From the IMG/VR virus record IMGVR_UViG_3300032250_000155, positions 1 through 62,724 of that record: DNA of 62,724 bases; one strand, 5' to 3'. How positions within the stretch are numbered: position 1 is the stretch's first letter; the number at the start of each line of letters is the position of its first letter. Under the pieces are notes generated by a model. That model was not told the origin of the DNA. It made no database searches and worked only from the letters and a program-made list of their open reading frames with translations. The position numbers were made by a program, and so were the translations under genes. Shown here in pieces: positions 19,401 to 29,529 of this stretch. This DNA comes from a virus. Its lineage: Duplodnaviria; Caudoviricetes.

Positions 19401-20271
19401 TAGTGGAACTTCAGTAATAGAATTTAGAGCAGGTAGTTCTGCAACAAATTTAGCTATTGGATTAAATGCAGGAAGAAGATTAACAACAGGAACAGGGAAT
19501 ACCTTCTTAGGATGGCAATCAGGATTTGTAAACACAAGTGGTATTAATAATACAATATTAGGATACAATGCTGGTAGTGAGAATACAATAGGGAGTAGTA
19601 ATACTTTTATTGGGCAGAATGCAGGTGCTAAGAATACAACAGGTAGTAGTAATTTCTTTATGGGGAGTTCGGCAGGATTTAATAATACAACTGCAAGTAG
19701 TAATATTGCTATTGGAACAAATTCATTTTCAGGTAATACAACAGGAACACAAAACGTAGTAATTGGAACTCAAGCATATTCTGTTCATACCAATACAAGT
19801 TCTAATGTTGTAATAGGTTTTCAATCATTATCAGGAGTAACAACAGGTGGGGGAAATGCTACATTAGGAAATCAAGCAGGAAGATTTATTTCAGATGGAG
19901 TAACACTGACTACTTCTTTAGGTAATAGTATATTAATTGGAAGTTCAGCTAAACCATTAGCAAATGGAGATACCAATGAAATAGTAATAGGGTATCAAGC
20001 AGTTGGATTTGGTTCTAACACTACAACTATTGGTAATAGTTCTACAACATTAACTGTTTTATATGGTTCATTAATTACAGGAGGAACTGCTATAGACGCT
20101 TGTGCTCAATTTGAGGTAGATAGCACTACTAAAGGAATATTATTTCCTCGTATGACTACTACGCAGAAAAACGCAATAGCTTCGCCAGTTGCAGGATTAG
20201 TCATATACGATACAACATTAAATAAGTTGTGCGTCTATACTACTGCTTGGCAAACAATAACGTCACTTTAA
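16489..20271 (+). CDS. Fibre-like structural protein with YadA-head-like beta-roll repeats
   Basis: 1260 aa, S/T/G-rich; NTxGxxNxxIGxxAG 14-mer repeats; C-terminal KGILFPRMTT...GLVIYDTT motif. Confidence 0.8.
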   Translation: MAIGFNIQFRINEKIDSRIIRLTDTSSNDSGFTFGKGNFSITFPDGTNISHTDFNSPDITSIGGYYDFQASSDIYNNVLTGQYVVTYVVLNSSNVAQTPLVRTITDFNWIKPSAVIQNKSDVFIPEVQFYDATDYVNIGNFVGTVSRSFSVPLPTTSEVSGQSATTTGQTLTPVVSGKYYEGLYNISLDATVNYTNSIHSWLTLYYTELTQETISIRQVPTQTQIVTKMNAFRADVDAYKEKNDTQFEILSEEYDIAVALYSHLIARFETNTLDGTQPLLEELLSILEPYDGIYTYKLTQLTPFELGIPQNGYFTLSNGTTTDTFYLQSTLLFGSTNTALGITVSDNAITFVPNFGTTANTFAQGNDSRFHNALTIGTANGLSLAVQALSLSLATTSSSGAMSASDKSKLDGISSGASVTSVGLTMPAAFTVANSPITGAGTISVTGAGNINQYIAGNGSLVTFPTEFTAKNMVTYGRNSTGSTLHRGTIVYISGSTGNVPNFTKARANGEATSARTFGVVRDDISNNSDGYVVSIGSIDNLDTRSNATYPFTNDTLVDGDTVYLDPNTAGYITRVKPSAPNHLVYIGKVIRTTPTNGTIVYQIQNGFEMDELHDVQITSVANKNTLIYDSATSLWKNKNIFGTQGYLPYYDNTLYLKDSPLYTDGINITVGGTTGTGLFNIQGSKTASSAIARGQFINSTLVASANNDVLVGLDINPTFTTGAFTGVTSNALRVSGYSNFINNASAGVLRLQNLSSTGWSSFEIYNSASSLVGGFGWGNASASALASTMYFDVVGNNPFVIRTNNTERIRFFGGGNVGINTGATDAGYRLDVSGTTRFVGTTSSDTAPLGSELAAVTGTGTNWELAGTNLNVGGYTHTTGSVVALTTTLAAVSATYYQITYTITGRTAGTITIAYGGISASGISASGATGQLSSATTALTITPTTDFDGTVVLSIKSIGTSSASSTFSNSSGTSVIEFRAGSSATNLAIGLNAGRRLTTGTGNTFLGWQSGFVNTSGINNTILGYNAGSENTIGSSNTFIGQNAGAKNTTGSSNFFMGSSAGFNNTTASSNIAIGTNSFSGNTTGTQNVVIGTQAYSVHTNTSSNVVIGFQSLSGVTTGGGNATLGNQAGRFISDGVTLTTSLGNSILIGSSAKPLANGDTNEIVIGYQAVGFGSNTTTIGNSSTTLTVLYGSLITGGTAIDACAQFEVDSTTKGILFPRMTTTQKNAIASPVAGLVIYDTTLNKLCVYTTAWQTITSL

Positions 20272-20285
20272 AAATAAATAATAAT

Positions 20286-20606
20286 ATGAAACTAATAGAA
20301 GAAGTATCCTTATGGGATAATGGAGTTGTCTCAAAGGCAACGGTATTAAACGCTTACGCTGTAAACGTATCATTCGATAAATCAGCAACCTTTTGGTACG
20401 GTTTATTTAGCAGAACACCTGAAGGTAACTTAGATAAACAGTTATCTCAAGGCAATGTTTATATGGAAGGAGACGCTTATGCAAATTGGGGTTCTGACGA
20501 TATAGCTTGGAATTTCATTGCAAGTAGATTAAATTTGATAGTTGTAGGAGACTTCGTTGAACCTACTTCTCAACCAACCGCTGAGGAAGAAACAATATCA
20601 GAATAA
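20286..20606 (+). CDS. Small fibre-associated protein or chaperone
   Basis: Between two fibre genes; likely start MKLIEE at 20286. Confidence 0.6.
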   Translation: MKLIEEVSLWDNGVVSKATVLNAYAVNVSFDKSATFWYGLFSRTPEGNLDKQLSQGNVYMEGDAYANWGSDDIAWNFIASRLNLIVVGDFVEPTSQPTAEEETISE

Positions 20607-20620
20607 TAAAATAACAAATA

Positions 20621-23600
20621 ATGGCGAATATCCCTGACAATATAGTAGCAATTCTTGGAGTAGACAACGCTGGAGCAATAACAAACATTGACCCAAATTT
20701 AGTTTTTAACAAGAAGGTTACTACTACAACGGTTACTGTTCCAACTGCAACCACCGCAACAGTAAAGCCTAATGCGGTGCAGAATACTGTCACAAACGTA
20801 ATTGAGACAACAGTTGCACTTGAAATAAATGCTTCGTCAGGGAATATTCCAATAGTTAATAGTAATCAAGATAATCTTGAAGACTCTATAGTTTGGCAGA
20901 CATCTGGAAAGATTGGTTTTAATACAAAGAATCCAAGATGGTTAATTGACGCAAATGGTAGTAGTATAAATATTACGCCTGCCTTGTTGACAGATGGATA
21001 TAAGATTAATAATATAAATTTTGCTTATGCAGATTTTTCTGTAATAGGAAGCGAACAGATTGTATTAGGAGATGACCTTTTATTGCCAATAGTTAACATA
21101 AATAATATTATACTAAGAGGGCTTATTCCTGTAACTCCAACTACTAAAGACAGGATACTATTTATTAACGACTTAGGAGAAGTTTCTGCTAAAACAGATA
21201 TATTTCTTGAGTCGTTAAATGGTTTAACAAACAAGGTTCAGGTATTTGCTTTTGGTAGTAGCGGAACTACGCCAAACGTTGTATCTACTGTTGTTTCTAC
21301 AGTAGGAACTCATACGTTCAATTTTCCTATGGCATCTGCTACAGGAGTTACAGCTGGTTTAATAAGTAAATCTGAATACGATATATTTAACTCAAAGATT
21401 GGAGGTAGTGGAACTATAAATTATCTACCAAAGTTTACAGGTACAAGTGCTTTAGGGAATAGTTTAATTTATGATGATGGTGCAAGAGTTGGTATTAATA
21501 CTACAACTCCATTGTACGGAGAATTAAATATTAATTCTCCTTCATTAGGAACAAATGCAGTATTAGCATTTAGTGTTCAGGATGGAACATATAATCCAAG
21601 AGTAATTGTAAATCATGTTACCTCCACTTCATCTCATTATTTAGAATTTAATAGTGGCTTTTCTACTCAAACAGGATTTGCTAATTATGTATTTAGCAAT
21701 GGAAATGTTGGTATTGGAACAACATCCCCATCATTTAAACTTGATGTAATTGGCACGGCAAGATTTTCTTCAAATGTTGCCATTGGCTCTAATACATCTT
21801 CAATCATTAACTTAATTGTTAATAAAACAATAACAGGTGGGGCATCTTCTTTTGGAATCTACCAAAGTGGTTCAGTACAATCAGATGTAACTACTGCCAT
21901 TGGATTTTATAATACTATTAATACTCAAGCTACTACGTTTACTATAAATGCTTACAGGCATTTCCAAGCAGATAATGGTACAATAGGTGCAGGTAGTACT
22001 GTTGGTTTACAAATTGGTTTTTTTGCACAAGATTTATCACAAGCATCTTTAAATTATGGATTCTATGGAAACTTGTCAAGTGCTTCTAATAAGTGGAATC
22101 TATACATGGCTGGTACTGCTAATAACTATTTGGCAGGAAATTTAGGTATTGGAGCAATTGTTTTAACATCAACTACATTATCTATAAGTAAAGGAGTAAC
22201 AGGGGGTACAATTGCATCTGCTGTTGTAGCAGATGGAAGTATTTTATCAGATGTTACCTCACTTGGTATTGGTTTTGGTACTTTTTTAAATACTCAACAA
22301 ACAACATTTACATTAACTTCTTATAGACACTTTCACGCAAATCAAGGTGCTATTCGTACAGGTAGTACTGTTAGTGAGCAAATAGGATTTTATGCTAATA
22401 GTGGTTTAATAGGGGCAGGTTCTAACTATGGATTCTTTGGTAATATCCCAAGTGGAACTAACCGTTGGAATTTGTATATGGGAGGAACTGCTAATAATTA
22501 TTTAGCAGGTAGCTTGGGAATTGGAACAACATCTGTAAGTAATGTAACATTAGTAGCATCAAAAGATATTACAGGCTCAACAACATCAATAGGTATTCAG
22601 CAAAATGGATTCGTACAAAGTGGTGTTACGGCAGCAGCTTATGGTTATTTTAATGCTTTAAGAACTGCAACTGCTACCTTTACTATACCAGTTTACTCTC
22701 ATTATTATGCAGTTCAATCAACCATTGGAGTAGGAACTACTATTACTAATCAAATTGGATATTATGCTGAATCTAATTTAACAGGAGCAACTAATAATTT
22801 CGGATTTGTAGGTTCTATACCAAGTGGTGCAAACCGTTGGAACTTATATATGAATGGTACTGCTGCAAACTATCTTGCAGGCAACTTATCTGTTGGAACA
22901 ACAACTACTACATATAAATTCAACTGGGCATCTGGCTCTAACTTTGGATTCTTAGACCTTGCAGTTGGTGGGGCAGTAGCAGGTTCAACAGGATTCTTTG
23001 ATATATACACAGGGGCATCTCCTGCAACAAGATTTAGAATTGATGCAACAGGTAATGTAGGTATAGGTAGAGGAACTCAAACTATAACAGAAAATTTAAG
23101 TGTTGGTAATTCTAATGGAGCAACAATTTCAATATCAAGTAATAGAGCAGCAGGAACTACCGCAGTACCAAAAAATCTTGACTTAAACTTTAGAGGATAC
23201 CTTGATGATATAAAAGCAAGAATACGCTCTTGGGATGATTCAGGTAGTATTGGTTGGGGAAATTTAACATTCTCATTGTTTACCACTGGATTTGTTGTAG
23301 TTGAAGCAATGCGTATTACTCATCAAGGAAACGTTTTAATTGGAACAACAACTAATGCAGGATTCAAGCTTGATGTAACAGGTACTGCAAGGGTTACAGG
23401 TAATTTAACCGCTGCATCATTTATTAGGTCAGGAGGAACTTCTGTTCAATATTTAATGGCTGATGGAAGTGTTTCTACCCTAACAGATGTATTAGTTACA
23501 AGTAGATTATTAACAGGTTATACTACATTAACAGGAACTGTATCCGCAACAGATACTATTCTTCAAGCATTTGGAAGAGTTCAAGCTCAATTAAATGCTC

Positions 23601-26600
23601 TTTCTGGAAGTTTAATTTATAAAGGTTCTTGGGATGCAAGCACTAACTCTCCTACCATTGTTTCAAGTGTTGGAACAAATGGGAATTACTACATTGTATC
23701 AGTTGCAGGAACAACCAATATAAATGGAATATCTTCTTGGGCAGTTGGAGACTGGATTGTATTTAATAGTACAACAGGTACTTGGCAAAAAATTGCTAAT
23801 CAATCAGTAACATCTGTTAATGGATTAACTGGAGCAGTTACAATTACCACTACGAATATAGCAGAAGGAACTAACTTATATTACACTAATGCAAGAGGTA
23901 TTGGTTCTACTCTAACAGGATATGTAACAGGAGCTGGCACAATATCTTCATCTGATACCATACTATCTGCTATACAGAAATTAAACGGTAATATAGCTGC
24001 ACTAGGAACAGGCGTATCAAGTGTAAACTTACTTACAGGGGCAGTTACACTTACTACTGAACAAATACCAGAAGGAACTAATCTGTATTATACCAATGCA
24101 AGAGGAATAGGCTCTACTTTAACAGGTTATGTAAGTGGAGCTGGAACAATATCAAGTACCGACACAATACTATCTGCTATACAGAAATTAAATGGGAATA
24201 TCTCTTTTTTGGTAACAGGTGTATCAAGCGTATTTGGTAGAACAGGGGTTATTGTTGCTGCAAGTGGAGATTACACTACTACCTTAGTAACTGAAGGAAC
24301 TAATCTATACTATACTAATAATAGAGGTATTGGTTCTACCCTAACAGGATATGTAAGTAGTTCTGGAACAATATCTTCGACAGATACAATATTGTCTGCT
24401 ATACAGAAGTTAAATGGGAATGTTTCCGCTTTAGTCACAGGAGTATCAAGTGTAAATAGTCTTACAGGAGATGTTACATTAACTACTGAAAATATATCAG
24501 AAATAACAAACTTATATTATACAAATGCAAGAGGAATAGGTTCTGTATTAACTGGTTATACAAGTGTAGCGGGAATAATATCTTCTGCAGATACTATACT
24601 TTCTGCTATACAGAAACTAAATGGCAATATTTCTACTTTAGTTACAGGTGTATCAAGTGTATTTGGTAGAACAGGGGCTATTGTCGCTGTAAGTGGAGAT
24701 TATACAACCACTTTAGTCACTGAAGGAACTAGATTGTATTATACGAACGCAAGGGGTATTGCTTCGACTTTGACAGGATATGTAAGTGGTAGCGGCACAA
24801 TATCGTCTTCCGACACAATATTATCTGCCATACAGAAACTAAATGGCAATGTATCTTCATTAACAACAGGAGTATCAAGTGTATTTGGCAGAACAGGAGC
24901 TGTGATTGCCGTAAGTGGAGATTACACAACAACTTTAGTAACAGAAGGAACTAACTTATATTTTACAACAGCTAGAGCTAGGGTATCTGTATCCGCAGGA
25001 ACAGGTCTTACTTACAATTCAACTACAGGTGTATTTAGCTCTACTATAACTCAGTACACGGATGCTTTGGCAAGAACTGCTATATCACTTACTACTACAG
25101 GAACAAGTGGGGCGGCAACATACAATTCTACAACAGGAGTTTTAAATATCCCTCAATATCAAGTTGGAGTATCTTCATTTAATACTAGAACTGGGGCTAT
25201 TACATTATCTTCTGCTGACGTTACTACTGCTTTAGGATTCACTCCTTATAATTCAACTAACCCAAGCGGATACATAACAAGAACTTCTTTAGATGCAAAT
25301 ACTCCCTTGAGTTACAATAACTTAACAGGTGTATTTACTATAAGCCAAGCTAATGCAACAACTAATGGTTATTTAAGTTCATCTGACTGGAGTTCATTTA
25401 ATAACAAAGTTCCTTCAACAAGAACTTTAACCATCAATGGAATTGCATTTGATTTAAGTGCGGATAGGAGTTGGAATATTTCAACTGGTGGAATAACAGG
25501 AAGTGGCACTTTAAATAGAGTACCTTTATGGAGTAGTAGCTCTAATTTAATTGACTCTAATATATATGCAGATTCAGGAAGTATTTTATTTAAAAACCCT
25601 AATGGTGGCACTAGAACTTTAGCCTTTCACCCTTTTGGCACAATATCTGTTAATAGCGGGTATTCAATACAAAGCTCAGAGCCAATATTTTACTTAACGC
25701 CACTTCATGTATTTCAAGCAGGTGCACTTAGTTCTGAATTAACAATAAGTAACTTAGCTAATGACGCTGGTACAGTTATCAAATCTTTGAATTGCGAAGG
25801 TAATGGTACTACGTTTTTTACTCCATTACAATTTCAAGCAGCCTCTTTTTCATTTAATGCCGAAATAACCGCTACATCATTTAAGAAATCAGGAGGATTA
25901 TCTACTCAATACCTGATGGCAGATGGCTCAGTTACCACAGGCGGAGCAAGTGGCATTACAGGAAGTGGTACATTTAGATATGTTCCATTGTGGGGAAGTT
26001 CATCTTCCTTAGGGGATTCGATGATTTTCTATAATCCTTTGTTTAATTCTATGGCAATAAAATTGCCAACTGCAAATAATCAATTAGAGTTTCTTCCTTA
26101 TGGAAATTCTATGACAAATGACACTGGAAATACAATATTTAGTACAAGTTTTACCCCTGCAACTGGTACAACTGGGGCGATTAGAGGATATGTTCCTTTA
26201 GTGCTTATAGCTAAAAGACTTGAATTTTACTCAACAGATGTTACTCAAGGGCAGAGTGGTTCTTCTGTGACGAATAGATTTATTGTAGTAACAGATGATA
26301 GACAAGGTTTCCCTTCATTCGGAACAACAATATCTTCAGGAACAGCCGATTCTTTTACTGCTCCAATGTCATTTAAAGCTAGTTCTTTTACTTTTGAAAA
26401 CCCAGTTAAAGCAACCTCATTTATTAAAGAAGGAGGGTTATCTACTCAGTACCTAATGGCAGATGGTTCAGTTACTACAGGTGGGTCTGGTAGTGGAAAT
26501 GTTTCTGGAACTGGAACTATTAATTATATAACAAAGTGGTCAGCCACTAATACAATAAGTAATTCTTTATTATTTGATAATGGAACAAATATTGGTATAG

Positions 26601-28015
26601 GAACTACAAGCCCTATTGCTAAATTAGACTTAGCATTTACTCCATCTGTTGGCACAGGAATGTTGCGGATTGCAGGAACAACAACCGTTAATGATAGCTT
26701 TACATTATCAAATGCTACAAGCAACAGTAATGTATTTATTCCTATATTTCAATATAAGGCAACTACTTATGGATACGGAGGAGGAGCTAATTTATACCCA
26801 TCAGGAACTTATGGAGGTGGATTTATTGCTAATGTAGATGACGTATCTTATCCTGATGGTATTGGTGCAGGTGCAGCGATGCACTTTAATGCAAGAAATT
26901 ATGCTAACACAGGGGCTTTGTCAAATAGAAATTTATTTTCATTTGGAAATTGGTTAACTAATTATTTAGTTATAAAAGCAAATGGAAACATAGGGATTGG
27001 AACTAATGATGCTACTGAGAAATTAGAAGTTATTGGTACGGTCAAGGCTAACTCTTTTGTAAAATCAGGAGGGTTGTCTACCCAATACCTGATGGCGGAT
27101 GGCTCAGTTACTACAGGTGGCTCTTCTGGTGTTACAGGAAGTGGAGCTATAAATTATATTGCAAGATGGAACTCTGCTACAAACATTGGTACTGGAGCAA
27201 TATATGATACTGGTTCAGCAGTTGGAGTAGGAACTCTTCCAAGTGTTGCTTATGTATTTAATGTTCAGGGAGTTTCAGGTAAATATATATCTTTTTGGAC
27301 ACCTACTATTGGAGGGAACAATGAAAATGGTATTATAAGTCACGATGGTAATGGATTAAGTGGTTTAACTCCATTGCAAATTACTACTTCAGCATTATAT
27401 CTCCCTGCGACATTTATTAATACTACTTCCGTATCAGGTGGTGGTGCATTACAAGTTGGAGGAGATGTTAATATTAGTGGAACATTTAGAGTTAATGGTA
27501 CTGCAATTGGAACAGGTGGTGGAGGGGTATCTGGAAGTGGTACTTTAAATAGAATGACTGTGTGGACAGGAAGTACTTCTATCGGGGATAGTTCATTATA
27601 TACAAGTTCTAATGGTAATTTATATATAAATACTTCTTCAGGTACAGCATTAACAATTGATTCTTTTTCACCAAATACAACACAAAGAACAAATTTAGGA
27701 ACTATTGAAGGGTTGAGTACATGGGCGACAACAAGATTTGTTGATAATAATACTGATTACAGAGGTATTGGTCAAGGTTTTATGGTACAATCAGGTAACG
27801 CAAGGGGTGTGATTTACGGAACTGTTCCAAATAATTCAACTCAATCATTTATACATTTTTTAGTTTCTAATGGAGCTGGATTGTCAAATTGGATAAATAA
27901 GATGACAATAAAACCTACAACTGTTAATATATCATCATTACCAACATCTACATCAGGGTTAGTAACAGGAGATTTATACAGAGATTCAAATGGATTCGTA
28001 AAAGTTGTATTGTAG
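20621..28015 (+). CDS. Giant modular tail fibre / receptor-binding protein
   Basis: 2464 aa; GNVGIGTTSP and VxSVNG/VSSVFGRTG fibre repeats; internal tandem repeats. Confidence 0.85.
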   Translation: MANIPDNIVAILGVDNAGAITNIDPNLVFNKKVTTTTVTVPTATTATVKPNAVQNTVTNVIETTVALEINASSGNIPIVNSNQDNLEDSIVWQTSGKIGFNTKNPRWLIDANGSSINITPALLTDGYKINNINFAYADFSVIGSEQIVLGDDLLLPIVNINNIILRGLIPVTPTTKDRILFINDLGEVSAKTDIFLESLNGLTNKVQVFAFGSSGTTPNVVSTVVSTVGTHTFNFPMASATGVTAGLISKSEYDIFNSKIGGSGTINYLPKFTGTSALGNSLIYDDGARVGINTTTPLYGELNINSPSLGTNAVLAFSVQDGTYNPRVIVNHVTSTSSHYLEFNSGFSTQTGFANYVFSNGNVGIGTTSPSFKLDVIGTARFSSNVAIGSNTSSIINLIVNKTITGGASSFGIYQSGSVQSDVTTAIGFYNTINTQATTFTINAYRHFQADNGTIGAGSTVGLQIGFFAQDLSQASLNYGFYGNLSSASNKWNLYMAGTANNYLAGNLGIGAIVLTSTTLSISKGVTGGTIASAVVADGSILSDVTSLGIGFGTFLNTQQTTFTLTSYRHFHANQGAIRTGSTVSEQIGFYANSGLIGAGSNYGFFGNIPSGTNRWNLYMGGTANNYLAGSLGIGTTSVSNVTLVASKDITGSTTSIGIQQNGFVQSGVTAAAYGYFNALRTATATFTIPVYSHYYAVQSTIGVGTTITNQIGYYAESNLTGATNNFGFVGSIPSGANRWNLYMNGTAANYLAGNLSVGTTTTTYKFNWASGSNFGFLDLAVGGAVAGSTGFFDIYTGASPATRFRIDATGNVGIGRGTQTITENLSVGNSNGATISISSNRAAGTTAVPKNLDLNFRGYLDDIKARIRSWDDSGSIGWGNLTFSLFTTGFVVVEAMRITHQGNVLIGTTTNAGFKLDVTGTARVTGNLTAASFIRSGGTSVQYLMADGSVSTLTDVLVTSRLLTGYTTLTGTVSATDTILQAFGRVQAQLNALSGSLIYKGSWDASTNSPTIVSSVGTNGNYYIVSVAGTTNINGISSWAVGDWIVFNSTTGTWQKIANQSVTSVNGLTGAVTITTTNIAEGTNLYYTNARGIGSTLTGYVTGAGTISSSDTILSAIQKLNGNIAALGTGVSSVNLLTGAVTLTTEQIPEGTNLYYTNARGIGSTLTGYVSGAGTISSTDTILSAIQKLNGNISFLVTGVSSVFGRTGVIVAASGDYTTTLVTEGTNLYYTNNRGIGSTLTGYVSSSGTISSTDTILSAIQKLNGNVSALVTGVSSVNSLTGDVTLTTENISEITNLYYTNARGIGSVLTGYTSVAGIISSADTILSAIQKLNGNISTLVTGVSSVFGRTGAIVAVSGDYTTTLVTEGTRLYYTNARGIASTLTGYVSGSGTISSSDTILSAIQKLNGNVSSLTTGVSSVFGRTGAVIAVSGDYTTTLVTEGTNLYFTTARARVSVSAGTGLTYNSTTGVFSSTITQYTDALARTAISLTTTGTSGAATYNSTTGVLNIPQYQVGVSSFNTRTGAITLSSADVTTALGFTPYNSTNPSGYITRTSLDANTPLSYNNLTGVFTISQANATTNGYLSSSDWSSFNNKVPSTRTLTINGIAFDLSADRSWNISTGGITGSGTLNRVPLWSSSSNLIDSNIYADSGSILFKNPNGGTRTLAFHPFGTISVNSGYSIQSSEPIFYLTPLHVFQAGALSSELTISNLANDAGTVIKSLNCEGNGTTFFTPLQFQAASFSFNAEITATSFKKSGGLSTQYLMADGSVTTGGASGITGSGTFRYVPLWGSSSSLGDSMIFYNPLFNSMAIKLPTANNQLEFLPYGNSMTNDTGNTIFSTSFTPATGTTGAIRGYVPLVLIAKRLEFYSTDVTQGQSGSSVTNRFIVVTDDRQGFPSFGTTISSGTADSFTAPMSFKASSFTFENPVKATSFIKEGGLSTQYLMADGSVTTGGSGSGNVSGTGTINYITKWSATNTISNSLLFDNGTNIGIGTTSPIAKLDLAFTPSVGTGMLRIAGTTTVNDSFTLSNATSNSNVFIPIFQYKATTYGYGGGANLYPSGTYGGGFIANVDDVSYPDGIGAGAAMHFNARNYANTGALSNRNLFSFGNWLTNYLVIKANGNIGIGTNDATEKLEVIGTVKANSFVKSGGLSTQYLMADGSVTTGGSSGVTGSGAINYIARWNSATNIGTGAIYDTGSAVGVGTLPSVAYVFNVQGVSGKYISFWTPTIGGNNENGIISHDGNGLSGLTPLQITTSALYLPATFINTTSVSGGGALQVGGDVNISGTFRVNGTAIGTGGGGVSGSGTLNRMTVWTGSTSIGDSSLYTSSNGNLYINTSSGTALTIDSFSPNTTQRTNLGTIEGLSTWATTRFVDNNTDYRGIGQGFMVQSGNARGVIYGTVPNNSTQSFIHFLVSNGAGLSNWINKMTIKPTTVNISSLPTSTSGLVTGDLYRDSNGFVKVVL
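23810..24985 (+). repeat. About 5-6 tandem ~70-aa repeats in the fibre (VSSV..TG.V...TT..EGTNLYYTNARGIGSTLTGYVSG.GTISS.DTILSAIQKLNGN)
   Basis: Visible in protein and DNA, with synonymous divergence between copies. Confidence 0.9.
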
Positions 28016-28039
28016 TATTAATTATTGAAACACTTTCTT

Positions 28040-28047
28040 TATCTTTG
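28040..28047 (+). promoter_or_regulatory. Bacteroidetes -7 element TATCTTTG
   Basis: TAnnTTTG upstream of ATG 28078. Confidence 0.6.
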
Positions 28048-28077
28048 CATAGTTATTAACTAAAATCAAACAACAAA

Positions 28078-28539
28078 ATGGAAGTTAAAAAATTAAAGTT
28101 TGTCAACTTACTTTCTTTAGATGCAGAATTAAACGGGTTTTACCGTGAAGCACAAAAGGATGCAGAAGGAAATCAAATTTCTCCTGAAATCAAAATCATT
28201 GGTTTACTAAACAGTTTACCAGAGGATATTAGTTTTGTAGTAAAGTACAGACTAGATAAGATTGCTAATGTAATTGCAACAGAGAAGAAAGTATTCTACA
28301 GTATGCAAGAAGATTTAGCCAAGAAGTACGGAACAGAAAAGGATGGAAGTATCACCATTGAGAAAGATATTGATGGTAAACCCAACCCTAAGTTTGACAA
28401 GTTTCAAAAAGATAACGAAGAGTTATTGATGGAAGAAATCGAAATCTCTTACAAGCCAATTCCTTTAGCTACATTAGAGAAAGTTACTAGCTCTCAAAGA
28501 TATTCTATTCTATACGACTTCATCGAAGATAATGAATAA
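28078..28539 (+). CDS. Hypothetical protein (possible fibre assembly chaperone)
   Basis: 153-aa acidic helical ORF after the fibre gene. Confidence 0.65.
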   Translation: MEVKKLKFVNLLSLDAELNGFYREAQKDAEGNQISPEIKIIGLLNSLPEDISFVVKYRLDKIANVIATEKKVFYSMQEDLAKKYGTEKDGSITIEKDIDGKPNPKFDKFQKDNEELLMEEIEISYKPIPLATLEKVTSSQRYSILYDFIEDNE

Positions 28540-28642
28540 TGAACACCTAATCTTGTTTGGTATAATATGGGGGGCTGTTGTTATGACAGCCACCATATTT
28601 ACAATATTCAAGTACATTTCTGTAAAAGGAAAAGGCAAATAA
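28532..28642 (+). CDS. 36-aa single-TM membrane peptide (not in the ORF track)
   Basis: MNNEHLILFGIIWGAVVMTATIFTIFKYISVKGKGK; overlaps the previous stop. Confidence 0.5.
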   Translation: MNNEHLILFGIIWGAVVMTATIFTIFKYISVKGKGK

Positions 28643-28678
28643 TGCAAAATATTATTTTGTAAAAAGTTCATTATATTC

Positions 28679-28686
28679 TATCTTTG
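28679..28686 (+). promoter_or_regulatory. Bacteroidetes -7 element TATCTTTG for the lysis cassette
   Basis: TAnnTTTG 19 nt upstream of ATG 28706. Confidence 0.55.
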
Positions 28687-28705
28687 TTATGTAATACTTA
28701 GATAA

Positions 28706-28909
28706 ATGAATGAACATCATCCTTACGTTGGAATAGTAAACATAGTGTTAGCTTTTACTGGTGCGGTCATGTCTGTGATGTTAGCGAATATTCAAATAAT
28801 GGTAAGTATTATTGCTGGAGTTATGGGTATAATCTCGGCAGGATTTGCAATAAGGTATTACTACTACAAAACAGAGGAAGTTATAAAATCTAAAAAAGAT
28901 GCTGATTGA
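28706..28909 (+). CDS. Holin-like membrane protein
   Basis: Two TM helices and a charged C-terminus; upstream of the endolysin. Confidence 0.65.
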   Translation: MNEHHPYVGIVNIVLAFTGAVMSVMLANIQIMVSIIAGVMGIISAGFAIRYYYYKTEEVIKSKKDAD

Positions 28910-29159
28910 GTTCTTTAAAGATGGCAAAGGATATTTATCTCATACACGACTCATTTCTATAATTGGGTCGTTTTGTGTTTTTGGGGTATTCATTTATATG
29001 CCAGAGAACGAAGGTGTTCAGAACTTAATGACAATACTTCTTACGGGTTCTTTAATCAACGCAACTGCATCTAAGTTTGCAGATAAGACTAAACAAAATA
29101 CAGAAGATAATGGTGACATCAAGTCAAGCCCTAAAAAAATACGGAGAACCATCCGTTAA
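28899..29159 (+). CDS. Second holin/antiholin-like membrane protein
   Basis: SHTRL motif followed by two hydrophobic segments and a basic tail. Confidence 0.6.
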   Translation: MLIEFFKDGKGYLSHTRLISIIGSFCVFGVFIYMPENEGVQNLMTILLTGSLINATASKFADKTKQNTEDNGDIKSSPKKIRRTIR

Positions 29160-29529
29160 CAATAAGTCTTTAATATTATGGGATGTTCCATCTGATTTAG
29201 AGATAGGTGTTATTCCTAAAAGAGTCTATTGTAACAAAGATTTAGTAATCCCATTAGGGAATGCGTTTAAGAATCTTATTGATACAGGTTGTGTTGATGA
29301 ACTAAAGACTTGGGATGGATGTTTTAATATCCGAAAGAAAAGAGGTTTAAGTTCAATGAGTCTCCATAGTTGGGGATTAGCTGTAGATGTTAACGCATTT
29401 GAAAATGGATTAAACCAAACCCCTAAATTAAGTAAAGAGTTTGTAACTTGTTTTACGGATGCAGGATTTGATTGGGGAGGAACTTGGCAAAGAAAAGACG
29501 GTATGCACTTTCAACTTAGTAAGATATGA
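29110..29529 (+). CDS. Endolysin, M15-family Zn peptidase
   Basis: GCFNIR...SLHSWGLAVD...FDWGGTW..KDGMHFQ; likely start MVTS at 29110. Confidence 0.9.
   Translation: MVTSSQALKKYGEPSVNNKSLILWDVPSDLEIGVIPKRVYCNKDLVIPLGNAFKNLIDTGCVDELKTWDGCFNIRKKRGLSSMSLHSWGLAVDVNAFENGLNQTPKLSKEFVTCFTDAGFDWGGTWQRKDGMHFQLSKI

Noticed and set aside
23810-24985. CRISPR array or assembly artefact
   Set aside because: The repeats are in-frame protein repeats with synonymous differences and no unique spacers
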